Source: a virus. From it: a stretch of DNA of 64,000 nt. Position 1 is the stretch's first letter, and every line of letters starts with the position of its first letter. The notes beneath the pieces were generated by a model. It was not told where the DNA came from and made no database searches. It saw only the letters and a list, made by a program, of their open reading frames with translations. The stretch is from the IMG/VR virus record IMGVR_UViG_3300026488_000010; one strand, given 5' to 3'. The position numbers and the translations under genes were made by a program. Below, piece after piece: positions 19,123 through 29,661 of this stretch.

Positions 19123-21276
19123 TTATACAACAATAATTGGAATATCAATTGATTCTAATGTTCCAACCGGATTAACCGTAATTGTTAAACGTAGTTTATA
19201 AGTTTCCTCATTAAACGTTGCTTTAACATCTGCGCTTTGGAAAATACCATCAATTTCATTTTCTGGTGTGATTACCCATTTCGCTAACTCTGTTTCTGTA
19301 CGAGTAACTGCTGTATCAATAACTGATCCAACTGCTTTCGTTTGTAATAGATCTTTCAATAGTTTTGGAAGATTTTTACGAATACGGTGTAAAACTTTTA
19401 CAACATTTATGCGACTAAGTTTAGAAGCTTTCTTATACATTGTTAATTGATCAATGATATAAGTACCATCTGGTTCAACAATAACCGTATTAACTTGTTG
19501 GTTACGAAGTTTCTCAATCTCTAACGATGTAGGTGCATAAGTTAAATTAAGTTCTGTACTAGCTAGAGTACCTTTTAACATATTAGCAACTGGTTCAGTA
19601 ATTGAAATTTGATTATCAATTCTAAGGTGTGCTACCATAGCATAGTATGATAACGGCATATATAATCTTAAATTATTAGCAGTTCTATGAGTCTTATTCA
19701 TTTGTCCAGAATACATTGCAGAGTTATAACTTGATTGGAATAATTTCTCTTTACGAGTTTTTAAATCTTTATCAGTTAAATCTTTAGTTACTATTGTAGG
19801 GTTGTATTCAAGTGGTAAACTAAGAATTGGCATAGTTAAACCAATATCATCAGCTAAGTCAATAATAGATACTTGTACTTGGGCATTACCTGTCCAATCA
19901 GGGATATAATCAAAATCATATTTAGGATATAATACTTCTCTGAGAGACTCAGTATTGTTGTAAAAATCTAGTAACAATTCTTTACCATTTTGTTTACCTG
20001 GTTCAGATGTCCCCATAAGATTAAATGTGTTATTGATGTGCATATTCATACCATCAGACCCACTATATAATTTCATAGAATAATCCATAAGTTGTTGGTA
20101 AATTTTTTGACGAAGTACTTGTACTTCTGCAAGTTTAATATTACCTGTTACACCATCAACAATAAGTTCAGGATCATATGAGATTTCATAGAACGCTTCT
20201 TCACCATCAACTTTATAAGTATTTGGATGTGCAGCATCAAAAGCAGCATCAACAAAAGTAATTACACTTGAGTTAACAACGATACGTTTAGCTAAATCTG
20301 GAAGATCATCAGCATCAGAACCATCATAGTTGAGAACACCTGTCATATCTGCAGATGGGCGATCAGTTGTAATAATTGCAGATAATCTTTGAGCAGGAAC
20401 TCTTTGTTTAACACCATTAGCATCAACAATAATACGATCATATGTTTCAACTTTAATTTCATAAAATTTATCATCAACTATTTCGTCTTTAACAATTAAT
20501 CTTTCATATACTAAATCATCAATAGTTGCATATTTTGCAAGCTCTTCTGTAATAGTAGGGTTAATATTAATAGTTGCAAAATCATTAGCATCTTTGAAAA
20601 TACTATTTACAAATAAATCTTGACCAGAAATTTTATCAGTGATTGGTTCATTTGTTTTTTCATCAACTTCAATTAATGAGAATACTACTGGGTCACCAAG
20701 CGATTTAATACCAGTGTTTGTTTCTTCAAATACTTCTGCTTGAACAAAGTTAAATTTATAATTTGTCTCGCCATTGATATCTGAATCCATTTTCTCATGA
20801 GCTGATGCTGGAGTAAATGTTACAAAGATTGAATTATATCCTTCACCACGTGCAGATGCAAGTGCAGATAAAACAATATTATCATCAACAATTGATTGTG
20901 CTCCGAGATAAGTCATATCAGCTTTAGAATAAATTCCAGCATATGTTTTAAAATCTACTACTGGTTCATCAGTAGTTCCTACATTACGCATAACATTATT
21001 TGCATAAGTTGCATCATCTGGTAATAGTCTATAAGTTAAAACATTATCAGTTCTTGCAGCTGCTTCACCATAAAGATAAGCATTACCATATTTTTTAATA
21101 TCTTGACGACCAAGATTATATCTAAACTCGTCTACTGATTCGTGTCTAACGAATCTTTCTCTACCGTATTTTGAAAATATTGGTAATAGAATTGTTCTTG
21201 ATCCATTTAATTGAATCTCAATTGAACTACGATCAATTACTGATGTAGTTACACTTGGAATAATTGGAGTGTACAT
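19123..21276 (-). CDS. Contractile tail sheath protein
   Basis: 717 aa; N-terminal PSVTTSVIDRS; C-terminal sheath domain (LRNQQVNTVI, DQLT, LSRINVVKVLHRI, LTITVNPVGTLESIDIPIIVV). Confidence 0.9.
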   Translation of the reverse strand: MYTPIIPSVTTSVIDRSSIEIQLNGSRTILLPIFSKYGRERFVRHESVDEFRYNLGRQDIKKYGNAYLYGEAAARTDNVLTYRLLPDDATYANNVMRNVGTTDEPVVDFKTYAGIYSKADMTYLGAQSIVDDNIVLSALASARGEGYNSIFVTFTPASAHEKMDSDINGETNYKFNFVQAEVFEETNTGIKSLGDPVVFSLIEVDEKTNEPITDKISGQDLFVNSIFKDANDFATININPTITEELAKYATIDDLVYERLIVKDEIVDDKFYEIKVETYDRIIVDANGVKQRVPAQRLSAIITTDRPSADMTGVLNYDGSDADDLPDLAKRIVVNSSVITFVDAAFDAAHPNTYKVDGEEAFYEISYDPELIVDGVTGNIKLAEVQVLRQKIYQQLMDYSMKLYSGSDGMNMHINNTFNLMGTSEPGKQNGKELLLDFYNNTESLREVLYPKYDFDYIPDWTGNAQVQVSIIDLADDIGLTMPILSLPLEYNPTIVTKDLTDKDLKTRKEKLFQSSYNSAMYSGQMNKTHRTANNLRLYMPLSYYAMVAHLRIDNQISITEPVANMLKGTLASTELNLTYAPTSLEIEKLRNQQVNTVIVEPDGTYIIDQLTMYKKASKLSRINVVKVLHRIRKNLPKLLKDLLQTKAVGSVIDTAVTRTETELAKWVITPENEIDGIFQSADVKATFNEETYKLRLTITVNPVGTLESIDIPIIVV

Positions 21277-21335
21277 TTAAGTTCCTTTTTGTTTTTTCCA
21301 TAATAAAATTTTTAGATTCCATTAAAATCTTTTTC

Positions 21336-21347
21336 TAATTATTTGTT
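21336..21347 (-). promoter_or_regulatory. Late-promoter-like motif AACA-aataat-TA
   Basis: 60 nt upstream of the sheath start. A degenerate repeat A half-site (atttctatatgaattc) lies at 21361-21376. Confidence 0.6.
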
Positions 21348-21386
21348 CTCTGTATGTTAAATTTCTATATGAATTCAACCACAAGA

Positions 21387-21406
21387 TAAGAAGCCTTAGC
21401 TTCTTA
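21387..21406 (-). terminator. Hairpin at the end of the baseplate operon
   Basis: taagaagc-ctta-gcttctta, overlapping the stop codon at 21404. Confidence 0.5.
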
Positions 21407-22234
21407 TACTAGAATATACCATTCGATTCTGAGTGAATCATTTATTTCTAACCATTTAGTTAGAGTTGTGAATCTTGCAAACATTCTAGAATTTGCAGTG
21501 TATCTTGATACAGCAGTACCAGCTGAACCTTTAGGTACAGAATATTCGATACCATCTGAAATAATATCTTCATACTCAACAGCATATAATGCTGCTTCAT
21601 TGAATGCGAATGGACCTTCTTCATCAACTTCTTTATACAATTCATCTTTACGAACAATCATTGTATATTTTACAGTTGTATATGCTTGAACCGTAATTGT
21701 CTGACCATTGATAACAATATCATGATCTTCTTTTATAATCTCAATTGAACCACCAGTGTCTGATTGAATCTTTTTATATTTACCATCATGAATATATTGA
21801 AATCTTTGGTTATAATCAGGTGATGTATCCGTATCAGAACTATCATCAGCAAATTTTCCAGGAAGTCTTAAATCTAAATCATTATCAAATGGTCCAACTT
21901 TATTTGGTTGCTCAGCTGTATCAGCTCCACCTGTTCCGACTCCAAAATATCTAATCTTATATTTAGTTAAATCATCAGTGCTTGATGGTAATAAAGATTG
22001 ACCAGCAGTGTCTGCTAATTTTTGAGCTAGAAATTCTCTACCTGATAATAATACAAGGTTTGGAGTTTCTAATACTTCACCTGTTTCATTATCTGTAATT
22101 ACAGCATAACCTCTTACAGGTTTAGCATAATGTTTTCCAATATCAGCAGGGGATAATCCTCCCTCGCCTAATTGTACAGTTTGAGCTTCATCACAAACTG
22201 TTTTTTCATCAACATGTGCAATTGTTTTTATCAT
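21404..22234 (-). CDS. Baseplate/tail-fibre attachment protein (tail-collar-like)
   Basis: NLVLLSGREFLAQKL, FGVGTGG, FNEAALY and MFARFT...LRIEWYI motifs typical of myophage baseplate periphery proteins. Confidence 0.6.
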   Translation of the reverse strand: MIKTIAHVDEKTVCDEAQTVQLGEGGLSPADIGKHYAKPVRGYAVITDNETGEVLETPNLVLLSGREFLAQKLADTAGQSLLPSSTDDLTKYKIRYFGVGTGGADTAEQPNKVGPFDNDLDLRLPGKFADDSSDTDTSPDYNQRFQYIHDGKYKKIQSDTGGSIEIIKEDHDIVINGQTITVQAYTTVKYTMIVRKDELYKEVDEEGPFAFNEAALYAVEYEDIISDGIEYSVPKGSAGTAVSRYTANSRMFARFTTLTKWLEINDSLRIEWYILV

Positions 22235-22243
22235 TGTATTCTC

Positions 22244-24745
22244 CTATGGTTTCGTGCCATAATAGGCATCATTTGTTTCTGTAAACTCTGTTACAGTATT
22301 ATCATTTATTATTTGAATATTAAAATTATCAGTTACCTGAACAGTACTATCAACATCAAATTTAATGTCCATTTTTTGATCATCTTTAATGGTTATTTCT
22401 GCAAATATACCGGAAGTGCTCATCTCGAATGATACATCATCACCCGCGGTTACTTGTTGCATCTTATCTCGAATAATCTGAATCGTTGCATCAGTATTTT
22501 GATAACTTAACTCTGCTTTGAAAAAATACTTTTGAAATAAATCAACAACTGGATTAAAAAATTCATCTTTAAATGTACTAGCCAATAGAAATCTTTTAAA
22601 GGTATCATTAACAAAATATGTAATGAAGTTATCCATCTTAACAACTTCAACTAGCATCCGTTTATAATTTTCTAAAAATAATTCTACAAATTTTGCAGGC
22701 TCAGTTATATTTTCAATTTTATCAACTATTCTTGGAAATCTATCAATAAAATGTAATTTTAACATATCATATAAACCATTATTTAATTCAACATATTCAT
22801 CATCATTTAAAGCAATAATATTAAATAATTCTTTAGGTGTAGATGGTTTATATGAATCATAAAATACTTTGATCTTTTCTTTCATGATTAGATTCTGATC
22901 CTTACCAGCAATTACTAAATAGTTATCTTCTTGTAAATTAATAGAACCTGTTGGAGCGTTCGGATAAAACTCGTCCAATTTCTCAAAAAATTCATCAAAT
23001 GTTAAAGGTATGTTACCTGCTAAGTACTCATGGAATTGTGCAATATTAAATATTTTAGTTTCTTGTAATTGATTAGCTGAACCTAATAATATATTTAAAC
23101 GTTTCTTAAATTCTAAAAACACTTTATGATCATGTTTCATATCTTTATAATATAATATCAGTTTATATATTTCATCTAATTGTGACTCTGGGAACAACAA
23201 TGAATTATAATTCATTGTTGTTGCACCTTCAAATCTCCAACCAGGTGTTTTTACTTCTAATTCTTTTAATTTTACAAACATTAACATATTCATATAGTCA
23301 GACATTGTTAGTTTAACAACTACTCCATCAATACTAAAAGTGAATATATCGTTTTGAGTTTTAGTCATTGCAAACATTCGAACCAGGTCTGGTAAATATT
23401 CCATATTATCCATTGTTTCAGATGTCCCGAATTGAATATATAAAACATTAGTAGCAATTGGGAACACGTTTTTTGGTCCCTGGTTTCTGATATCTGTATC
23501 AAAGAAATCGAATCGTCTCATTAAATATTTAGAAGTTCTTAAATCACTAGCATCAATTTCGTCCATTATTGCTAAAGGATCATTTATTAAAACTGGCTCT
23601 AACATATAACGTAATTCATATTCTGAACGCTGCGTAAGATTATAGTTTCTAATTTCTAAAGAAACAGTTGTAGTTGGTTCACCGTCTGTTTCTTTAGAAA
23701 TAAAATATTCTAAATTGTTTAAAACGATTCTTACATCATCAGTTATAGAATCTGGAAAATCCATTCTATAATTAATAGTATCTGTTTTGTTATCATGCAC
23801 TGGAGTTAGTCTAAAAGTTCTTTTAGGCACACCTGTACTAGTATTTATAAATTCTTGATCAATAAATGTTTTAAATTCTGCATTACTTAAACCATAAGAT
23901 GCTAAAGGAATTTGATCAGAATCAACATAATACATAGATTCAATGATCGCATTATTAACATCCAAGTATTCATTAATCTCAGCGTATGTTAGTTTTCTAT
24001 CAACATTTGTACTGAGAATATCATATTTCTTTTCAGATATTAAATATTCTGATTCACCTTTATTAATAGTTATTTCTTTTGAATAGTCCAGTTGTAATCT
24101 AATAGGTTGATCAGCAGGCTCGAATAATCTTACTAAAAATTCAACTCTATTTTCAGTCTCAAATATTTTAGGGAATATTTTATAACCAATATCACCATCT
24201 TTTAAATTTGATGTATCAATACCTTCTGGATATTTATTGGATGTGTCTCCATCTATATCTAAATAATATATTTTAATAGTTGTTGGGGAATTGTATTTAG
24301 ATATAAATTGTCGCTGCTCTATTCGAACATTATAAAAATTTAAGTTATGATAAAATTCACTAATTATATCATTAAAGAATGCAAATGATTTATTTGATCC
24401 TTTTGTTTCAAATAATTGAGCAAGTAAGTATGCAGTTTTTGTTTTTAACATATCTGGAAACGCTTTACTTATTCTTCTAGAAATACCAAACTGATCAAAT
24501 AAATTATTAATTAACTTTTTACTAGGTTTTTGATTTACAAAGTTGATTACCTCTTCAGGTTCTTTAATATATAAATCTTCTAAAAATGTATATAATAGAC
24601 TTTTTATGTCTTCAGTATTATTGTTATGATTGAACATTGGGCTAGAAACTATAATATCTGCATACTCTTTGAGGGCACCTTTTAAAACTTTTACGTCTGG
24701 TGCATCTAATTGATTCGATACTGATACTTTAACAGAACCTGCCAT
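22244..24745 (-). CDS. Baseplate wedge protein (T4 gp7 / P2 gpI-like N-terminus)
   Basis: 833 aa; LFDQFG...LAQLFETKGSNKSFAFF matches the gpI/gp7 'KG(T/S)' motif region. Confidence 0.6.
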   Translation of the reverse strand: MAGSVKVSVSNQLDAPDVKVLKGALKEYADIIVSSPMFNHNNNTEDIKSLLYTFLEDLYIKEPEEVINFVNQKPSKKLINNLFDQFGISRRISKAFPDMLKTKTAYLLAQLFETKGSNKSFAFFNDIISEFYHNLNFYNVRIEQRQFISKYNSPTTIKIYYLDIDGDTSNKYPEGIDTSNLKDGDIGYKIFPKIFETENRVEFLVRLFEPADQPIRLQLDYSKEITINKGESEYLISEKKYDILSTNVDRKLTYAEINEYLDVNNAIIESMYYVDSDQIPLASYGLSNAEFKTFIDQEFINTSTGVPKRTFRLTPVHDNKTDTINYRMDFPDSITDDVRIVLNNLEYFISKETDGEPTTTVSLEIRNYNLTQRSEYELRYMLEPVLINDPLAIMDEIDASDLRTSKYLMRRFDFFDTDIRNQGPKNVFPIATNVLYIQFGTSETMDNMEYLPDLVRMFAMTKTQNDIFTFSIDGVVVKLTMSDYMNMLMFVKLKELEVKTPGWRFEGATTMNYNSLLFPESQLDEIYKLILYYKDMKHDHKVFLEFKKRLNILLGSANQLQETKIFNIAQFHEYLAGNIPLTFDEFFEKLDEFYPNAPTGSINLQEDNYLVIAGKDQNLIMKEKIKVFYDSYKPSTPKELFNIIALNDDEYVELNNGLYDMLKLHFIDRFPRIVDKIENITEPAKFVELFLENYKRMLVEVVKMDNFITYFVNDTFKRFLLASTFKDEFFNPVVDLFQKYFFKAELSYQNTDATIQIIRDKMQQVTAGDDVSFEMSTSGIFAEITIKDDQKMDIKFDVDSTVQVTDNFNIQIINDNTVTEFTETNDAYYGTKP

Positions 24746-24756
24746 CTATTCTCCTT

Positions 24757-25794
24757 TTATGTATTAATTACGTTACCATCCAAATCTCTAATAATTTGTG
24801 TAGCATCTTCATCAAATACTTTTTCTTTTGTTGTATGTGGATGACCATCCACAGGTGGTATATAATTTACAAATTTTAAATACGTGTTTTGTAAATCAAA
24901 AACTTTTTTCATAATATTCGATTGAACTTGTCCAGCATATTGATCATAAGGAACACTTGGATCATATGGTGGCGCAACATATCCTTCTATAGGCATATAT
25001 GTATCCTGCTCAGTCATAGCATTTAAAGGCACAAATGTTTTTACATCTAATGGGTAATTCATAATTATCTTAATAGGTAATTTTACTATAGTGTTTAGAT
25101 AAATAAGTGTCTCATTCAGCTTCGCTATTTTAGGATCAGTTAATTCTAATTCATAATCAATGTATCGACATTTAATACAATCATATGATTTATTAATATC
25201 TTCTAATATTGTATTTCTATCTTCTAATAACATAGCGTAATCTTCATATAACTCAGAGCTATAGAACTTTCTAAACTCTTTCATATAGTAGTAGTGTTCT
25301 ACTATATTGAGCTGTTCTACTGAACTACGAGACCAGTTTGCTGTTTCAAATGTTATTTGATATATATTGAGATCTTTAACTGAATGCACAAAATTTACTT
25401 CTTGAACTTCAAAATATTCATTAGTGCTACCATGTTGATAAAAATTTAATATATCACCAGGCAATGGTTCAACAACTGCTAATAGAGTTAATACCCCATT
25501 AGTCTTTCGAATAACACCTTGAGTTGATTCATCATTCATATTTTGATAAGTTAATGGTTGCATCTCAAGCACTGGTGAAAAATCGAAAATATCATATGCT
25601 CGATTATACCACGCAGTTGATATAACATCTAGCTCATCATGTATACCTTTAGTTAAAGGTATATTTTGTTTATAATATCTAACACTTAATGCATTAATTG
25701 TTGAGTTTAATGCATAGTGTTCAATCTTATTTAAATATTCAGCATATACATCATAAACGTACATATCCTGATGTAGTGTATCTGCTACCATCAT
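24757..25794 (-). CDS. Probable neck/head-completion protein
   Basis: 345 aa; EPLPGDILNFY...YFEVQEV...YQITFE beta-barrel pattern resembling head-closure (gp14/SPP1 gp16-like) proteins. Confidence 0.4.
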   Translation of the reverse strand: MMVADTLHQDMYVYDVYAEYLNKIEHYALNSTINALSVRYYKQNIPLTKGIHDELDVISTAWYNRAYDIFDFSPVLEMQPLTYQNMNDESTQGVIRKTNGVLTLLAVVEPLPGDILNFYQHGSTNEYFEVQEVNFVHSVKDLNIYQITFETANWSRSSVEQLNIVEHYYYMKEFRKFYSSELYEDYAMLLEDRNTILEDINKSYDCIKCRYIDYELELTDPKIAKLNETLIYLNTIVKLPIKIIMNYPLDVKTFVPLNAMTEQDTYMPIEGYVAPPYDPSVPYDQYAGQVQSNIMKKVFDLQNTYLKFVNYIPPVDGHPHTTKEKVFDEDATQIIRDLDGNVINT

Positions 25795-25799
25795 ATCTC

Positions 25800-26618
25800 C
25801 TATTTTAACACAAACGTTATTGGGTCTTCATCATTTGCTTGTAAAGTAATTTTAATAATAATCTTTACAGCTATTCCAACTTCTTCTTTATAATCTATCC
25901 CAACTAAACTAAAATTATCACTATATATATTTGATAATGATACAACAAAATCTGTAATCTCTTCTAATATAATTTTCTTAGAAAAGAATGTTGCTTTTGT
26001 CTGCAAAGATTCTTTTATTGATGAGCCGAAATCATTTGAAAATGGTATAGCTCCTCGAGGTGTCCTTACAAATCTATCAAACATATCAGATAAAAATTCT
26101 GTCTGATTAGTAACTTTAGAAAAATAACCTTTATTAATATTAATATCAAAAAGATTATCTGTTGCTTCCACATGTTTTTTAATTGATCTAAAGTTTCTAT
26201 ATTTTGTACTAAACCAGTTTAATACAAAATCGTTTAATTGTTCAGTACTAAAAATTTCTAATACTAAAGCATCTTTAACATCAGTGGGTGCAAGATTCAT
26301 CGAACGAGTTATATAACTCATCATAATTTCAGAATCAGAAAAAATCTCAATAAATTTAGATTTCTTTAAATATATGCGACCTTCTACTTCTACAGTGAAT
26401 CCATAATATTCAAAAAATATTACACCGATTTCATTTTGTTCTTGGATTAATAATGAATCTAGTCTCAAAGATTCTTCAAAGTGTATATGATGAGAATAAA
26501 AATATTGCATCAATCTTTGAATATCTATCACATCTCGACGTGTCAATATTACTTCATTATATGATACTCTTTGATTTTTTACATCAATCATATCTTTTAC
26601 GGATATATCTAAAAACAT
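25800..26618 (-). CDS. Baseplate protein with C-terminal gp25-like (sheath initiator) domain
   Basis: FVRTPRGAIPFSNDFGSSIKESL is the gp25/GPW motif; extended N-terminal domain. Confidence 0.75.
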   Translation of the reverse strand: MFLDISVKDMIDVKNQRVSYNEVILTRRDVIDIQRLMQYFYSHHIHFEESLRLDSLLIQEQNEIGVIFFEYYGFTVEVEGRIYLKKSKFIEIFSDSEIMMSYITRSMNLAPTDVKDALVLEIFSTEQLNDFVLNWFSTKYRNFRSIKKHVEATDNLFDININKGYFSKVTNQTEFLSDMFDRFVRTPRGAIPFSNDFGSSIKESLQTKATFFSKKIILEEITDFVVSLSNIYSDNFSLVGIDYKEEVGIAVKIIIKITLQANDEDPITFVLK

Positions 26619-26687
26619 TATTCCTCCTTGGTTTTGGTTCTTCTACATGTTGTTATCTCAAATACAATTTTGAATATTACATCATAT

Positions 26688-26900
26688 TTACATCATATCT
26701 TTCATGCGCGAATTTTTCTGCTGAGCTATCTTCTTTTGAGAATCTAGCATTGCTTCGCGCATATATATTGGTAATGAAAAATATTCAGAAAAGGATAATG
26801 TTAGTCCATCATAAGCCACCGCTGACTGAAATCGAACTAACTCATACTCATAAATTGAGTGATGATCCTCATCAGTTGTAAACAGATAACGCTTTACGAA
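26688..26900 (-). CDS. Unannotated 70-codon ORF, probable +1 frameshift extension of the assembly chaperone
   Basis: Reads FVKRYLFTTDEDHHSIYEYELVRFQSAVAYDGLTLSFSEYFSLPIYMREAMLDSQKKIAQQKNSRMKDMM*. There is no ATG until codon 47. It is in the +1 frame from TTC-TTT-CGT at 26904-26896. Confidence 0.6.
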   Translation of the reverse strand, partial: FVKRYLFTTDEDHHSIYEYELVRFQSAVAYDGLTLSFSEYFSLPIYMREAMLDSQKKIAQQKNSRMKDMM

Positions 26901-27762
26901 AGAAGTCTTGTTCAGGGTTCACATTTTCCCATTTGAATACAGGTGATTCACAGTGAATATTATCACATTGGATATTTAAATAAAAATTAGGAGAATAATC
27001 AACCAATGGTTTAACTGTTGTATCTTCTAATAATTTTGATTGTAATTCAAGAGGCATCCCTTTTATAGTTGGAATAATATCTTTAATTTTATTCTCAAGG
27101 ACCAAAAGTTCATTACCTGTTTGAATCTCTAAACGTTTGATATAAACACAAAACATTTCAAGAGTGTTTAAAATATCATTGTTGTTTTCAACTGAATCAC
27201 GCATTTCAGAAGTTTCTTTTTCTAATAGAATTTGCATTCTATCTGCTTCAGTTGGCATCTTATATACCACTTTAAATCCATCAATAATAACGGATTCAAT
27301 TTCATACTTATCAAAATCAGCAGATTCATCCCAACCCTTTCCAATAGTATCTTCATGTACTAATTCAGACGGTGGTAATTCATATGTATTTTTTGTTCCA
27401 CAGCTTGGACATGTAATTACTTTTTCTGGTAATTTAGTAAACGTTGAATCAAGTAATGCGTACACAAGTAAAGCTTTATCAGGTGGTGTTAAATGATTAA
27501 TAAAATCATCAGCTGATGAAAATTGTAAAGAATCAAATGATGTATGGTTATATAATAGTTCATTGAATGCTTTGATGAACTTTGAACCTGATGTTCGCAT
27601 AGTTTTTTGAACTAAATCTTCTGCACCTGTTACTGGTGTAACTGTTGCTTTTGTCTGAAGAATTGGTAAATCAACTTCAACCTCTCGTGTGCCTGCTAAT
27701 AAAGCCAATGCTGCAATTGCATTTGAGCTACCGGTTTTCGGTGCTACAATATCGTCTAACAT
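26872..27762 (-). CDS. Baseplate hub / tail assembly chaperone (T4 gp26-like)
   Basis: LTPPDKALLVYALL...ITCPSCG and terminal IQCDNIHC...DFFR, typical of the T4_baseplate family. Confidence 0.75.
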   Translation of the reverse strand: MLDDIVAPKTGSSNAIAALALLAGTREVEVDLPILQTKATVTPVTGAEDLVQKTMRTSGSKFIKAFNELLYNHTSFDSLQFSSADDFINHLTPPDKALLVYALLDSTFTKLPEKVITCPSCGTKNTYELPPSELVHEDTIGKGWDESADFDKYEIESVIIDGFKVVYKMPTEADRMQILLEKETSEMRDSVENNNDILNTLEMFCVYIKRLEIQTGNELLVLENKIKDIIPTIKGMPLELQSKLLEDTTVKPLVDYSPNFYLNIQCDNIHCESPVFKWENVNPEQDFFRKALSVYN

Positions 27763-27802
27763 ATATATTCCTTTTAAATTGTAAATTGTTGTATAGTTTT
27801 AT

Positions 27803-27814
27803 TAATTATTTGTT
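27803..27814 (-). promoter_or_regulatory. Late-promoter-like motif AACA-aataat-TA
   Basis: 41 nt upstream of the ATG at 27762. Confidence 0.6.
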
Positions 27815-27840
27815 ATAACCTAATCAATACTATAGTTATT

Positions 27841-27995
27841 ATTTCTATAGTAACTCATAACGATCTTTAAAGATAGAAAATAAACGATCTTTAAAGATCG
27901 TTTTATAATTCGCCTTATAGTGTTGCATAATAGTCACTGTAAGAGATTCAAAATATTTTTCTATCTTTAAAGATCGTTTTTGAAACGATCTTTAA
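27841..27995. repeat. Cluster of palindromic repeats (A plus about 4 B copies)
   Basis: A atttctatagtaactc at 27841-27856. B copies at 27859-27876, 27882-27903 (perfect aaacgatctttaaagatcgttt), 27961-27981 and 27983-27995 (half). Confidence 0.85.
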
Positions 27996-27996
27996 T

Positions 27997-29526
27997 CTAC
28001 ATTGTTTTAAAATATTTATAATTACCAGAATCATAAATAACTCGATAACCGTTAATTAACATATTTTGTGTAGCAGTTTTAGATTGATCAAATATCAAAC
28101 CTAATTTTTCTATTTTATGTTTTTGATATTTGAGTCTTGATTCAACGCGATCTTTAATATAAAACATATTTGGAGGCGAGATATTAATAAATTCAAAACC
28201 TATAGTATTATATAAATTTCCTTTGCTCCATCTACGATTTGCATACGAAACCATTAAATTGTATGAATAATTATTATCATAATATTTTAACATTTTGCTT
28301 GCTCCACCTACTACAACAGTATTAAGTTTTGAACACATTCTATATAGTTCAACATCTGCATCTTTATCCATTCTCGGTTTTCCAAATGTCATTATGCTTA
28401 CTAATTCATCATTATAATATAAACCTATTTTTGTCGCAGCATTTATATATCCTTGTAAATGATTCATTTTTAAAAAATCTCTTGCTTCAGAAATAGAGAC
28501 CACTTTAGTTTGACATTTTCTAGCATGTATTTTCTTTGATAATCCAAAAGCGTTTTTTAGAATACTTTTCCATAATATCTTATTTTCTATCCATTCATTT
28601 TCAAATATATGAAATAATTGATAACCATGTTTCAAACACTCTTCCGTTTTAATTAAATGTCGCTTACTTTGATAATATTTATCACCTTGGTTCTGATTGA
28701 CGTTATTTGTTCCAAATGAATGCCAATACAAACCATTAAATTCAATTGCGATTTTATGTTCTGGAATTAATATATCAATTTCTAAAGGTTTAATTAAAGT
28801 TCTATCACTTTGGATAATATCGATTCCAAGTGATAGAATGTATTCTGCAATCTCTTGTTCATATGATGAAACCAACCTCTTTTTATATGATATCCCAAAA
28901 TATGCCATTCGTTTATTAATATTTGAACGTGATATATTAAAAAAACTGATCAACCCATTTATGTCTAAAATATCATTTTTTAAAAAATGTTTAATTATGT
29001 ACTCTTTATTATATTTATCTATATTTTTAAAATGTTTATATGTTGATGAACAGGCTCCATATTTTGACATATTTGTCGCTCTAACCTTTTTTCTAATTTC
29101 GTTATTCTTCATTGGATTGTCAACACCATATTTTATTATATTTGTTTCTTTTGTTTTTTTAACTTTTTGTTTAATTTTATTATCATCCCAAGTATTTGAG
29201 ATCTGACGTCTAATTTTAGAATCTTTGTTTCGACATCTGACAGAACAGAACATTCTAAAGATATTTTTATCATTATCAAACTTAACATTGTTTTGACATT
29301 CAACATTGTTACATTTATGTATAACTTTGCTTTCATATTTTTGAAGAATATATAAATAGATCCTTGCTTTATCTGAATATTCTGCCGGTGTTGATATATG
29401 AATATCATTTAATAGTTTATCAGATATGTTTTTAATATTGATTTTTCGTATTTTTAAAACGGTGTCTCTTGTGTCTATACTTGATGTATAACTTCTAATT
29501 AATTGTATAATTTGTGTAATTTGCAT
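27997..29526 (-). mobile_element. Free-standing Hef-like homing endonuclease (Zn-ribbon/helical repeats, DUF559/Vsr-like nuclease, GNAT/Mom-like C-domain)
   Basis: CNNVEC...FCSVRC; TNIIKYGVDNPM repeats; YEQEI...LEIDILIP..IAIEFNGLYWHS...KTEECLKHGYQLFHIFENEW; FLKMNHLQG...GGASKML...SYANRRWS. ATG 29526 has an AAGGA RBS (ORF track starts at 29556). Confidence 0.75.
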
Positions 29527-29586
29527 ACTGGTCCTTTTGCGATTATTTTTGACCATAAACTATTCCGATACAGTTTAAAAAAGCCG

Positions 29587-29615
29587 AAAAAAAATATGAG
29601 TCCGAAGACTCATAT
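29587..29615 (-). terminator. Rho-independent terminator with C(UUCG)G tetraloop after the capsid gene
   Basis: Minus strand: atatgagtc-ttcg-gactcatat followed by a T-run. Confidence 0.85.
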
Positions 29616-29622
29616 AATTATT

Positions 29623-29661
29623 ATTTCTATAGTACGATAAACTATCTTTAAAGATAGTTTA
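29623..29661. repeat. Repeat element (A half-site plus 24-bp B palindrome)
   Basis: atttctatagta... then taaactatcttt|aaagatagttta at 29638-29661, immediately after the MCP stop. Confidence 0.8.

Noticed and set aside
26872-26900. -1 frameshift in the chaperone gene
   Set aside because: The -1 frame reads CTT TCG TAA and stops immediately; only the +1/-2 frame is open.
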